Shown: piece after piece, positions 12,900-25,190 of the stretch | Layout: each line of letters begins with the position of its first letter | Position numbering within the stretch: the first letter of the stretch is position 1 | Assembly: GCF_009834535.1 (NCBI RefSeq) | Contig: NC_045697.1 | Location: forward strand, 20,772,001-20,836,000 | DNA: 64,000 nucleotides | DNA from: Camelus ferus | Lineage: Eukaryota | Reading direction: 5' to 3' | Position numbers and translations under genes: made by a program | Notes under the pieces: model-generated | The model's database searches: none | Seen by the model: the letters and a program-made list of their open reading frames with translations, nothing else | Told to the model about the DNA's origin: nothing

Positions 12900-14600
12900 T
12901 AGTACAGAAGATGACTGGTTGCAAAATAAATACAAATATCCTATGAACTTTAAAAAGGATGCTTAAACTGGCCCATAGTTAGAAATATACAAGTTGAAAT
13001 GACAAGAAACTATTGCTCATCTATTAAATTAAGATGAAAAGTGCGATATGGCATTTTTAGAGAACAGTTGGGAGAAAAAGTGATGTATGATATTGCTGAC
13101 TGTATATATTAAAGTGCAAAACTTTTGTAGAGGAATTTTGAATAATCCTTCAACTGTTACATATTAAAATGTTGATCAAGTATATATTGATATATAGATA
13201 GACATAGATACAGATATAGATATAGTACACATACATAGACCAAAGGTGCCTGTTGAAGTATAATTTGTAATAACATAGTCTAAGAAATCCACTAAGAAAG
13301 ACACTGAATATAAGCACAGAAAATGAAAAATACATCTGTCTTCACTGTATTCCTTCAAGTCGGAGAACAAAAAACAACAGGTGGCAGAAACTTCCATTGC
13401 CTCTAAAAGCTTATACTACAACATGGCAAATGTCAAACCCATTCACCTTCCGCTGGCCAGAGTAAGTCAGGAGGCAAAAGTGAAAGTCAGTGAGACAGAG
13501 AAGGCAAGAAAAACTAAAGATACTAATGGAGGGGAATGAATGAATAATTAGAAACAAATAATATATTCTACTAAGCACTATTAAGAATAATGGCTAAAAT
13601 TAATTGAAACATATAAATTAAAAATTTATGATTTTATAATGATGATTACATATTAAAATAAATTTTAATCTTTAAATATGCAGAGTCAGCAAATCATATT
13701 CTAAATTGATAAATAAGGGAAAATGGGGAAGTCAGGCATTTCACTGCCTTTCCTCCACAATCTGTACCTAAGTGTAGCTGAATACTTGATGGTAGGAAAC
13801 TCACTCTTTAGCTTAGAAATTAAGGAAAATGATAAAATTAGACTATGATTTTTTCAGACCTCTAGAGAAATAACAGATCTACGGATCGAGGCAATGGGCA
13901 TGGTGGTGACTAATATTGCACAGAGAGACAACTGGACTTTATGAGTCTTACGATGGAAGTACATACACAACATTACCAGGAAGTATTATAACCCTCTCCC
14001 CACTGCTGCCCTCCACACACACAAAACGAATCCAGCTTAGCACGATCAAGCTTTTAGGTCTAACTACCTAACCATTTCACAGAAATATAGTAGCCAGGAG
14101 AACTTGTTAAATGACCTAATGGGAAAATAATTTGTGAAATCCAGAATATTCTAGCTCCACAGGAAATATGATTGAGTTTCTTTAAAAAGTAGATTGCAAG
14201 GAAAATAAAAATGGGGGTTATGAGTTATTTATAGGTTAAGAGATTTTCTTGATATAATTCATCCAATGTATGCATCCATCCTGACTTTAGTAAATCAACA
14301 TTTTCTAAAAAAGCATTTATAGGATAATGAGAAAAGTTGATCACTGACTGCTTATTTGATGATATTAAGCAATTCTTAGTATATTGAAGTTTTAACAGTG
14401 GTATGGTTGTTATTTTTTAATGAGTTTTGGTTGTAAACATGTATTTTACAATATTTATGGGTAAAATGACACAAGGTCTGAGATTTTGCTTAGAGCAAAT
14501 CCAGTGAGGGTAGAGAAGAAAAAAAATGTCTTTGAATTAAAACTATGGAAGTTCATTTAAAATACTCTCCATTTATGCATATGTTTAAAATTTTTATAAT
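12900..14600 (+). mobile_element. Old L1M (L1ME-type) ORF2 3' and 3'UTR fragments
   Basis: TAAAAAGGATGCTTAAACT is ORF2-like; GATCAAGCTTTTAGGTCTAACTACC, AAATCCAGAATATTCTA and a terminal TTTTATAATAAAAA are typical of L1ME 3' ends. Probably several pieces. Confidence 0.6.
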
Positions 14601-17600
14601 AAAAATTATTTTTCAATATAGGAGTCCATGAGACATGTATTAATAGGAAAAGTGGAAATCAATAAATGACAATAAATCTATAATAATGAGAGAGCAGAAA
14701 GTAAATCATTACATAGACACACAGTTTTATATTTGCTGTTGTCATTTGAAATAGCTAATTAATTTTAGCAATTTTTATATATTGAAATAAGTATAACTCT
14801 TAGTGATAATGAAGTTTTGGAATTTAAAGTAATTAGCTTCAATATGACATTTTTAAAGTAAGTAATGAATAATTACTGTATATTGTCTTGGATTTTGATA
14901 ACTTCTTCTTCTTAGGGATATTTAGAGCTAATCTTCCAGCAGGGTATAATTTAAGTGTCCTTTTCCATTGGACATTGGGGTCATTCTCAACTACAAATAG
15001 AGAACAAAAGAGGGGACTAATGCCATCACTAGCACACTTCCCTTATTCAGTTTGCCCACACATGTTTTAGCTATATTAAAATCAGTGATCCTTGATTCTA
15101 GAAAGAATTTAGAATGACACATAAAGTTTCAGGAAACATCATGTTTGGAAAATTGTTTTATGAGTTTGGAGGCTGTGATCTAGGTCTGTTATAATCTAGG
15201 ATTCTGCCTCCTGCACCATTTCCACACCACAGTTGATGGAATCCGGCAATTTGCTATCTAAGTGAAGAAAATCGTTTTTGCAGGTCTGGATCAGATTGAG
15301 ACAAGTAATAAAATTTGGCCTCAGCTATATAAGATTAATCCAGTAGTATGCACAATACAAGCAGTTCTATTTTGCTGTTAAATAGGAAAGCTGAGGTCCA
15401 AGTCTGATGGCGTCACACACATGACAGAGCAGCAGTTATCAGCATGTCTACAGCAGCAAAGATGCAAGTGATTTGCCAGAATAAAAAAGAGCCCATGAAG
15501 CCTATGGGAAAAGGCAAGAAAAATAAGAGTGGCTCACCTCTCTGTTAGCCAGCATGACTAGTTACTTCAAACAGGAAAGCTAAAGGATTAGTAAAACTGG
15601 ACATCTTGTAGACCTGTCCCTGACACACCCATGATGTGTCTTTCAGGTGCATTCATTCACTTATGAAACTTGTCTCCTTTTGGTGGCACCTAGTTTTTTA
15701 TGAGCTTATGAGGGTAGTAATGGGAGTAGATAAGCAATTTTCAACAATAAATAAAACTCAATGGGAATTTTCTAGGAATGATTAACAAAAAATAAGCTAA
15801 CTAAAAGATCAAATTATTGTACTTGTAGGTAGGATGAACTCAGTGATATTTCCATTTTGAACAAAAGCTATATTTTGTAATTTTATATGTTTCCTAAACA
15901 TAAGCTAGATTACTAAATACTACATTAGAAACAGTTTGATTAGTAAATTATTTTAAGGGGAGATACAGGGGTATAATACTACTACTAATAATAACCATTT
16001 TAGAGTTTTTATTCAAAATTCAACATATCACAAAATTATGTTTACCTAAGACAACCTTAGCTAAAGAATTATAAATACTTACAGTTTCATAAATTTGGTT
16101 AAGATTTTCACAGTTCTAACTTGATGGCCAAATACTTTCCATTCTTTCCACTATGGAAATTTATTAATATGTTTCACAATATCATTACACAAATGAAGGG
16201 ATCAAATATGTGATTGTTCTTTAGCACTCAGTTCCATCTCTGCTTTCAATATTTGAACAACTGATTATCATTAACTTGGAAAATATATAAAATTAGCAGA
16301 TTCTATGCTATGTTTTTATCCTATATTCAGTGTCTCATACATTTAACTCATGGAGATGCTACTCTTTGCAAAAGTTACTAACATACCAAATGCTACTCCT
16401 TGAGCATGGCAATGTATTGATGTATTTATAACATATATGAGAAAACTATATAGCCCAAAAGAAGAAAAGAAAAAGTTCATAAATGAAAATTACCCATTTA
16501 AAATAGTCTAGGTACACAATTTTTTAAAAAGTTTATATTAACACAATCCTGTTAAATTCAGATTTAACAAAATGAAAAGAAAAATAATTTAACATAATTG
16601 TCTACCTCTAGTTTATGCATTAATTGACATTTGAGCATTGATTTGGATCTGTCAAGACAGTGAGGAGTAAATATCAAAATAATGGAACTTCATATTAATA
16701 TAACTTTAATAAAGCTGAAATATTATAGACAGCCCTATGTGGCACTTGTTTTGTTTTAGTTTATTACAAATATTTCTTAAGGATTTATTAGTTTCTAAAA
16801 TTTTTATTGAAAAGTACTTTTTTTGAAACAGTAGATGGAACTTCAAAACAATTGCTTAATTTTAAGAAAAATTCACTGAACTTAAAAAATTCATAAAATT
16901 ACTCTGAGTGTCTTGTTTCCAAAAGTTTGGAGAATAAAGAAGATGACAGATACAGGGAATACGAAAAAGAGAAATGTTGCAAAAAATCATAACTTGAGAA
17001 TTTCTAGTCAACTCTCTAATGAGGAAAAAAAGTATTTGTGCAAGTTTGAGATGCAGATAATTACAATTTAACCACATTTTCTGCCTGCCTGACACTGTGC
17101 AAAAATTTTCTGACCAAGACAATGGTTTGAATAAGTAATCATTTCAATGGAATTGATCAATTAAAATTATTTCAGCAGAATTAACAAATATGAGGAATCA
17201 TGATTAAGTTTGTCCAAAAAAGTGTATTTGTCACCAATTTATATTTTTACCTGCAAATTTGAAGCTCATTTATCAATTTCCTCAGCATTTTAATATAACC
17301 AAAATAAGCAAAATGGAAATAGCATGATTTCTCAAGCAGTTCATAGCATAATGTCTATTTTGTACTTTAGTTTTTGAGAGAAAGAAAATTCCTTCTACTT
17401 GTGCCTCTTATTACTACTAAAGTGATTCCAGCTACAAATCTATTAGTTTTCACTGTTCTGCAAATACTATTAATAAAATTATCCTAACTTCATAGACCTC
17501 CTATCTCAGTCTTGCATTCAATCACTAAATCTTACTGCTTTTAAAATTTACTAAAAGATATTATCTAAACTTCTTAGTCTGATATATTTACAATATAAAT

Positions 17601-18035
17601 CCTTGTTTTTCTTCTCTTTATATTTCTTATAAATTCATAGTACGCATCAAGTTGATTAATCATTATTTTTCAGTAAGGTTGGCTTTCATATATCTGCATC
17701 AGTGCCTTTATTCACCTTTGAACTTTCATTTGAAACAGTCTTCCCTTAACTTCATCCTGCCATGAAACTTGTTGAATTGTTTATTTTTCTCTTTTCCCTT
17801 CCATGAAAAGATCTGTGATTTTCTACTCATGAGTAATCATCTTATTTTAAAAACTATATTAGTGTTTCTAGTTCTTTTTAGCAAACTTTCATGGTTATTT
17901 ATTTAGATGACTGAGATTATATATTATTTGTAAAGACTCCAATAGACAATATATTATTTTGAAGAACTGATAATATACATCCCCTGTAGGAGTTGACATA
18001 GTACTTAATCAACTTGCTGTTCAAAAATATATATT

Positions 18036-19049
18036 TGGGGGGAAGATATCAGAAAGACTGCAGGCTAGGAAGCTATAGGCCCTTCTTTCCTCAAAGACAC
18101 ACCAAGTTAACAACACTATATGGACCAGAAACCTATGTGGGAACTCCAGAGACCTGCTAGGAAGCTACAGCACTCAGACCATTTCAAAACCAAGAAGGAA
18201 GCCCAGCAAAAGTTTAGGAATATTATCTGAATCTGCATACTCATGCATGCCCTTCTCCTCATGCAGCAGAGGAACCAGAAGGAACCCTTCATACTGGGGC
18301 TCCTCCTTCAGGATGGGAGCTAAAGAGTGGGTCCAGTGTCCAATGCTCTGGCTCATCCAGGGGCAGCCCTAGAGATGGTTGCTGTCTCACCTGGCTCAGA
18401 GCACAGGCAGGAGTGGTAGGAGTTTGGAAGTTGCTGAACACAGAATAGCACTTCTACAGCATTAGAACTGTTGTTTTGCAGGCAGACAGTGCGGGGAGGA
18501 AAATACCAGAAAAGTTTTGTGAGATCCTAGGTCTTCCCTGAAGAAGGAAACTGCAGACTCAGAGACTGAGAGAGGTGGCTGTTTTTTCAAATGCCCTCAT
18601 CCCAGCAAAAAATTAAAAAATACTATATACAGAATAGATAAACATCAAGGTCCTACTGTGTAGCACAGGGGACTATATTCAATAAACTGTAATTACATAA
18701 TGAAAAAGAATATAAATATATATATATATGTATGTATAACTGAATCACTGTGCTGTACACCTGCAACTAATATAACATGGTAAATCAACTATACTTCAAT
18801 TGAAAGACAAAGTATTCAAAGAAATAGAAACATAACCCAATCAAAGAAACAAAATAAAACTTCACAAAGTGGCTCTGAAGAAAAAATCTGCTAGCTGCAT
18901 GCAAAATAATTTAAAATAACTGTCATAAAAATGCTCAGTGAGCTAAAAGAGAAAACAACTAAATGGAATCAGTGAAACAATTCATGAATAAAAGGAGAAT
19001 GTCAACAAAGAGATAGGAATATATCTATAAAAAAGACCAAACAGAAATC
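18036..19049 (+). mobile_element. L1M 5'UTR and start of ORF1, interrupted by a nested L1 3' end
   Basis: G-rich start, a moderately GC-rich UTR, then ORF1-like TTTAAAATAACTGTCATAAAAATGCTCAGTGAGCTAAAAGAG...ACCAAACAGAAATC. Confidence 0.65.
18615..18806 (+). mobile_element. Artiodactyl-type L1 3' end (5'-truncated)
   Basis: ATAGATAAACATCAAGGTCCTACTGTGTAGCACAGGGGACTATATTCAA...GAATCACTGTGCTGTACACC...AAATCAACTATACTTCAAT. Confidence 0.85.
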
Positions 19050-19387
19050 AGCCATAAAAAGAAGAAAATGCTGCCATTTGAAAAAACGTGGTTGAACCAT
19101 AAGGGCATTATGCTCAGTGAAATATGTCAGAGAGAGAAAAACAAATATTGTATGATGTCACTTACTCGTGGATTCTAGATGGCCAAACTCATAGACATGG
19201 GAGTAGACTAGTTGTTGCCAAGGGTCAGAGGATGGGGGAAATGGGGAGATATTGGTCAAAGGGTGCAGACTTTCAGCTAAAAGATGAATAAATTCAGGGA
19301 ATCTAACGTATAGGATGGTGACTATAGTTAAGGATACTGTATTCTATACTAGAAATTTGTTGAGAGAGTAGATCTTAAATGTTCTCA

Positions 19388-19427
<40 letters not shown>

Positions 19428-19565
19428 CTATGTGAGGAGATGGATATAGTAACTAATACTATGATAGTAATCATTTCACAATATGTATGTGTATGCATGC
19501 ATTTGATATGTGTATCATATCCTCACATTGTATACCTTAAACTTCAACAATGTTTTTTGGCAATT
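19050..19565 (+). mobile_element. L1MA9-like 3' end
   Basis: GCCATAAAAAGAAGAAAATGCTGCCATTTG...GGGCATTATGCTCAGTGAAAT...GAGAGTAGATCTTAAATGTTCTCA. Confidence 0.85.
19389..19425. repeat. (CA)n microsatellite
   Basis: Perfect CA run of about 18 units inside the L1 3'UTR. Confidence 0.95.
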
Positions 19566-19713
19566 GTTTAATAGGTATAGAATTTTGAATTTGTAAGAGG
19601 AAAACGTTCTGGAGATCTGTTTCACAGAAGTATGAATATGTCGAACACTGCTAAACTGTACACTAAAAATAGTGAAGATGATCAATTTTATGGTGTGTTT
19701 TTACCACACTTAA
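19566..19713 (+). mobile_element. L1MB-like 3' terminus
   Basis: GTTCTGGAGATCTGTTTCACA...AACTGTACACTAAAAATAGTGAAGATG...TTTTACCACA. Confidence 0.75.
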
Positions 19714-22700
19714 TTTCTTAAGATTAAATTTGGAAAACAAGTTTGTTTTTTAAATCCAACAGTTCGCTCATGTATTATGGATTCATTGGAAAATATGTAG
19801 TTTATCATAAAACTACCTGGATTCAAATACTGGTTTGCCTCCTTACTGAGTCGTGTGATCAGGACAAATTTCTGAATTTATAAAATCTTTTTTTCTTTAT
19901 CTGCAAATTTGTCATAAGACCCTCCTCACCTGTTTGTTGAATTTCTGTGTGACCTCCCTTTGCTTCCATGTGGAAAATAGGCAGATAAGAAGCATTCAAT
20001 GCTGAACACATGTTACTGGACTTTAGGAGATTAGTTATCTGATTGCTCTAGCCTTACAGTCTCATTACTAGAAGTGGGAGAAATTAGAACTTCCATTTCA
20101 AATGGCTCCTTATTGAAAAAATTATCAAGAAGAAATTTTACACAGTTCATTACTGGAAAATGAGAACAGCATAAATCAGTACAAACATTGTAATAGTAAA
20201 TATTACAGTAGAAAGAAAGAATTTTGAAGCACTAATTTTGAACTTGACAGGGCATAGAACTTCCATTACAAGTCTCAAAATATTTAGCATTTTTATCAGT
20301 GTTGCATAACAATATATACTTCCGAGAAGAAATAATTTCCTCCACCTCCCATTAAGAAGACCAAATTCTTTGATTACTCAACTTCATTTGTTAGAAAAAT
20401 AAAGCAGTGGAAATATTTTTCTCTCACTGAGTCATAGATTCGGGCAGTTAAGACAGTTATTCTCCAAAAGAAGGATGTAACTTACCTTGGTTAAAGGAGT
20501 ATTTTATTCTTTTTTTTTTAAGGAGTATTGTATTTCTTAAAACAATTGAAAGAATCTGTCTTGTATATTTAAAACAAAATAATTTAATTATATATATAAT
20601 ACTTGCTTTTGGAAAACTGAGAAAATATAAAAACTAAAAGAAATTATTGAATGAGAAATCAGTTATGTAACTGAAACTCTTTTTTTTTTTTCAGGATTTG
20701 CTAAATCATTTGATTAAAATAAAAAAGCTCAGGGTCTAATACTTTCATTTAAATATCCAAATAATTTGTAATAGCGTAAAATAATTTTTGAGAGAGACAT
20801 TTTTAACAGTAAATTCAAAATTGTTTTTTCAGATAAAATTACTATATTTTAATCATTGTGTTATCCCTTTACATGTCATTTGAATAACAAAAGCTGGAAA
20901 ATATATCGAAAGTTTTAACGCTTAGAAACCATAAGAGTGGATGTTCAACTAACAGATATTAACATTGAGGATACATTTAAAAAGTGTTCATATGTTAAAT
21001 TTCTTCAAAACTGAAAGTATATACTTATAATACTTATAATCAGTAGAAAATATGAAATCTAAAAGAAAATCTTGGAGAGAAATCAATCATATAACTAAAG
21101 CCTCTAGTTTTGTTTCAAGATTTGCTAAATCATTTGACTGGACTAGGAGAGTTTAGAGCTCTCCCAGTCCAGGTGTAGTTTTTTAACAAAAGTAACATTG
21201 CCTAGGAACACAAATGACAGAAAATATCTTTACCCATTTCCAGGGGTTAGGAAGTTAACCAAAGGACAATTACCCATGCAGAACAATGAAAAACGGATTT
21301 ATTATCTATTTACTCTGTTATTGAAACGAAGAATGGTCTTCTCTCAGAACTGAGAGCTCTTCCAATAGAGAGGATGCCAAGTAATATTAGAAACAAAAGC
21401 AAACTAAGAGGTACCAATTACTTATCAGAAAATTCAGAAGAAGGTAAACCAAAATTGATTTTTTTCAGATTTAAATTCATTAGGTATTCATACAATTTAC
21501 AGGAAATTACAGTATTCAATGATTTATTCAAAACTAGGAGCTAGATATTCACCATTAAATGTAGAAAACTGAGAAGCAAGCTTTAGTCAATGTTTTCCAC
21601 TTTTTGTACATTGTTCTGAAGTTGTTTCATTAAAAAAATTTTGAAAGAGACAATAGCATTGAAGATCCACATAAATTATGGGTAACGAACTATTTTAAAT
21701 AATCTGCTTATTCTCGATAACTTTGTTATTGAGTGAACAAACACAAAAATAGAGTTTCTTCTTAGTACAAGAGATTTTTTTTGTTAAACTAAAAATTAAA
21801 ACATAAAAAAATCCTATTTCAATGTTTCAAATTCACTTTATAACTGGAGATCTTGGAATGAAAATTAAAAAAAAAAAACTTTGTTTTGGTAATACCATAA
21901 GTGGTATAGTAAATGTATTTTAAAATGCTATGGGAATAATTAAAAGAAAGTGATTACTTATATTTGCAGATTCAAGAAAATTTCATTGAAGGACTGGTGT
22001 TTGTTTTTTGACATTGGGAAAAGTAGAGGTTACTAGACAATGAAAGCTGTTTCACCCAAGGAAGAAAGTAGAGTAACTTCAGAGACACATGGAAACATTC
22101 AGCGTGTTCCTGAAAATACATTAGTTGTTTGTTAGAATATAGAGCATTGGAGACTAAGACTGGGAGCTAAACAAAAGTCCAGGAGTGGCAGCAGCAGCAG
22201 TGAGAAAAAGTAAACAATTTTAAAGGGGATTTGTGTCAGATGTGCTGTCTCTAAGAATCCTATACAGAGAATTTTGCAGCCTGTGTTATAAATAATAAAC
22301 CTAAGACCCAAGGACATTATGTCATTTTTTCAAGGTCAGTTTTCATTAAATATCAACACTAAATTTAAACCTAATTCTGTCTGATTCAATATTCAACCTC
22401 TTTCCATTCAGCCAGATTGAGGACACTTGTATATCGTGCTTATATGCTCAGATTTTTCACATAGGATTTGTGGAGTTATTAAATTGTTTGTAAATTATTG
22501 AAAGTATGGTCACGTGAAAAGGACAAAAAATAATGATCCTGGAAGGGAATAATATCATTCTAATCGTGTAATAGTATATCCACACAAAGATCCTGTAAAA
22601 CACACCTGCAAAAAAATAATAAAATAAAACACTTGTAGTGACTTACAGGTATTTCCTTTGTTGGGTTATGATAGTTCCCAAGAAATTTACCCACTCACAT

Positions 22701-24059
22701 TTATGTTCAATAATTTGTCCCTTTTTGTGAGAGTAGGAAGTTCGTTGATCTTTGGAAGCTCAAGTTAACAAAATATAAAATGCATGAAAATATAAATCCG
22801 TCACTCCCTGTTTCCTTTTCAGCTTTGCTGGTTTAACATTGTTTTCCTTTCATGTGGGTGTGTAAGTGCATTTCCACACACATGCACACCATCAGCACCT
22901 CACAGGCTGTTTTAACATTGAGAATTGAGATGGGACTTGAGAGAAAGTCAGGGCAATTTATTTAACCATTGTGTTAGTATACATGATAATTTAAAGAGTG
23001 TACAACGTCTGGGTTGCAATACTTAAGGAAAATGTCCTAAGCCATCAGAGTAAGTGTTTCTCCATCAGTTGTATTCAATCCTGTCAGGAAACAGTTTCAA
23101 GTGTGTAGTGTGTTTGAAGCCTGCTGTGAGAGGTAAAGTTCCTTGGCAGAATTCTCTCTTCTCATTGCAGTGTCTGATCAGTTTGGGTGAATCCTTATCA
23201 TTGTTAAAAATCGTGAACAGGAAATAGAATGAATAATATCCTATTTTAAGACTGCAGGAGTCAGAGAGTATGGTTGACATCAGAGAAACATTATTCCTTT
23301 TACAAGAGCAAACACTGCAGTGCCTTGTACAAAGGCTCAAATTTCCTGATTTAGATTGATAATAGACTGACCCAGACATTTATGTTTAAAAACGAGGAAG
23401 CCACTGGCAATTTTAATTTACTTTTGGACACTGACCCTATTAAATGATAAGGACAAATAGCTCCAAAAAGATCATAAAGATGGATTGGGAGCAAACGTGT
23501 GTCAGAGATTCTTTTACCTTTCCAGGAATTTATCTGAAATAATTGGTAAGCAAACAAAAGAACCCCTGTTCAGCTAAATGGACCTTACGTGTTTGCCATG
23601 TGCAGTGTTTATGTCTATGGAAAACTACAGCAGCATTAGAAATTTGAATCCAAAAAATCTACTTGGGAAAGGAGCTGTATTCAGGATAATCAGAAACTTC
23701 TGAAATAAGTCCTGTTCATTGTCAGGCACTGCTGCACCTGCTCAGACACTGTTCCAACTGGCTTGTGGTTTAACCATTCCCTCAGCACTCTTGATTAACA
23801 ACATGTCTTCATCAGATAGGTTGGGAGGCTCTCACACCTGTTTTTGAATTTAGATTTTCTTCTTTCAGAGGATGATCTTAAATTTTGTACAGAAAATTTG
23901 GTACTCAGTTATTTCTCTGTATCTCTGCCTCAGAGGCAGTTTTATTGTAGCAAATATGTGATCCCACCACTCCATAACAACAGGAAGACATCAATTATCT
24001 TCATCAGAAATTTAACTTCATTTATTTGTCCAAAACTAAAAGAGAGTAATCAATGATAG

Positions 24060-24292
24060 GAGTATTGTGAGCATAAGCTTTATTGTCAGATCGCCTGAAG
24101 TTCAAATTCCAACTCGGATACCTACTGACTATTAAGCCTTAGTTAACATACTTTAGCTCTTTAAACCTCATTTTACTTGTCTGTGAAATGGGTATAATCA
24201 TTCATTGTTCTCATGGCTTTAAGCATTAAGAGAGATTATGTATTAAACATTCTAACAGCATTCCTGAGGCATAGGAAGCTTTTAATAAATTA
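24060..24292 (+). mobile_element. MIR SINE
   Basis: GTCAGATCGCCTGAAGTTCAAATTCC...CCTCATTTTACTTGTCTGTGAAATGGGTATAAT...TAATAAAT. Confidence 0.8.
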
Positions 24293-24660
24293 AGGTACAA
24301 TTTTTTTTTAAATTTTAAAGCCAAGGAGATTCAACATAAACATACTCTTAATTATTATAGCCCAATATTGAATTTATTCCTAAGGTGTCTCTGTCTTTTG
24401 CCATGTTGGGACTTCTCTAGCAACAAAAATCTTTTCCTCTTTCTCTCTCACTCCCTCCGTATGTCTTGCAAAATAGTAAGTTTTCTAAATGTTTTTCACA
24501 AATGATAATTTTATAAATATGCTAGTCAATATTTAGTGTTTGAGGAAATTACATAATCACATAATATAAACAGGGATATTAAGATTCTCGTGTTCATGAA
24601 TGTAACTCTAAGAGCATGAAGAGTAGTTTATAGAACCACATAATAATGGAGAAATAATGT

Positions 24661-24707
24661 AGCAACCTAAATGTCCATCAACAGCCAACTGGATAAAGAA
24701 GATGTGG

Positions 24708-24747
<40 letters not shown>

Positions 24748-25190
24748 AGAATACTATTCAGCCCTAAAGAAGAATGAAATAATGTCATTTGCAGCAACAT
24801 GGATAAACCTAGAGATTATCATGCTAAGTGAAGTAAGTCAGAGAAAGACAAATATCACATAGATGTGGAATCTAAACAGTGACACAAATGAACTTATTTA
24901 CAAAACAGAAACAGACTCACAGACATAGAAAACAAACTTACAGTTACCAAAGGTGAAACAGGGGATAAGGAGGGATAAATTAGGAGTTTGGGATTAATGG
25001 ATATAAACTACCATATATAAAATAGATAAACAACAAGTTCCTACAGTATAGTATAGGGAACTATATTCAGTATCTTATAATAACCTATAATGAAAAAGAA
25101 CGTGTGTGTGTGTGTATGTATGACTGAATCACTATGCTTTACACCAGAAACTAACATAACATTGTAAATAATTATATGTCAATCAAAAAT
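24661..25190 (+). mobile_element. Artiodactyl-type L1 3' end with internal (CA)n
   Basis: ORF2 C-terminal remnant [31 protein letters not shown] (ORF 24671-24862) plus the typical 3'UTR. (CA)n at about 24711-24745. Confidence 0.9.
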
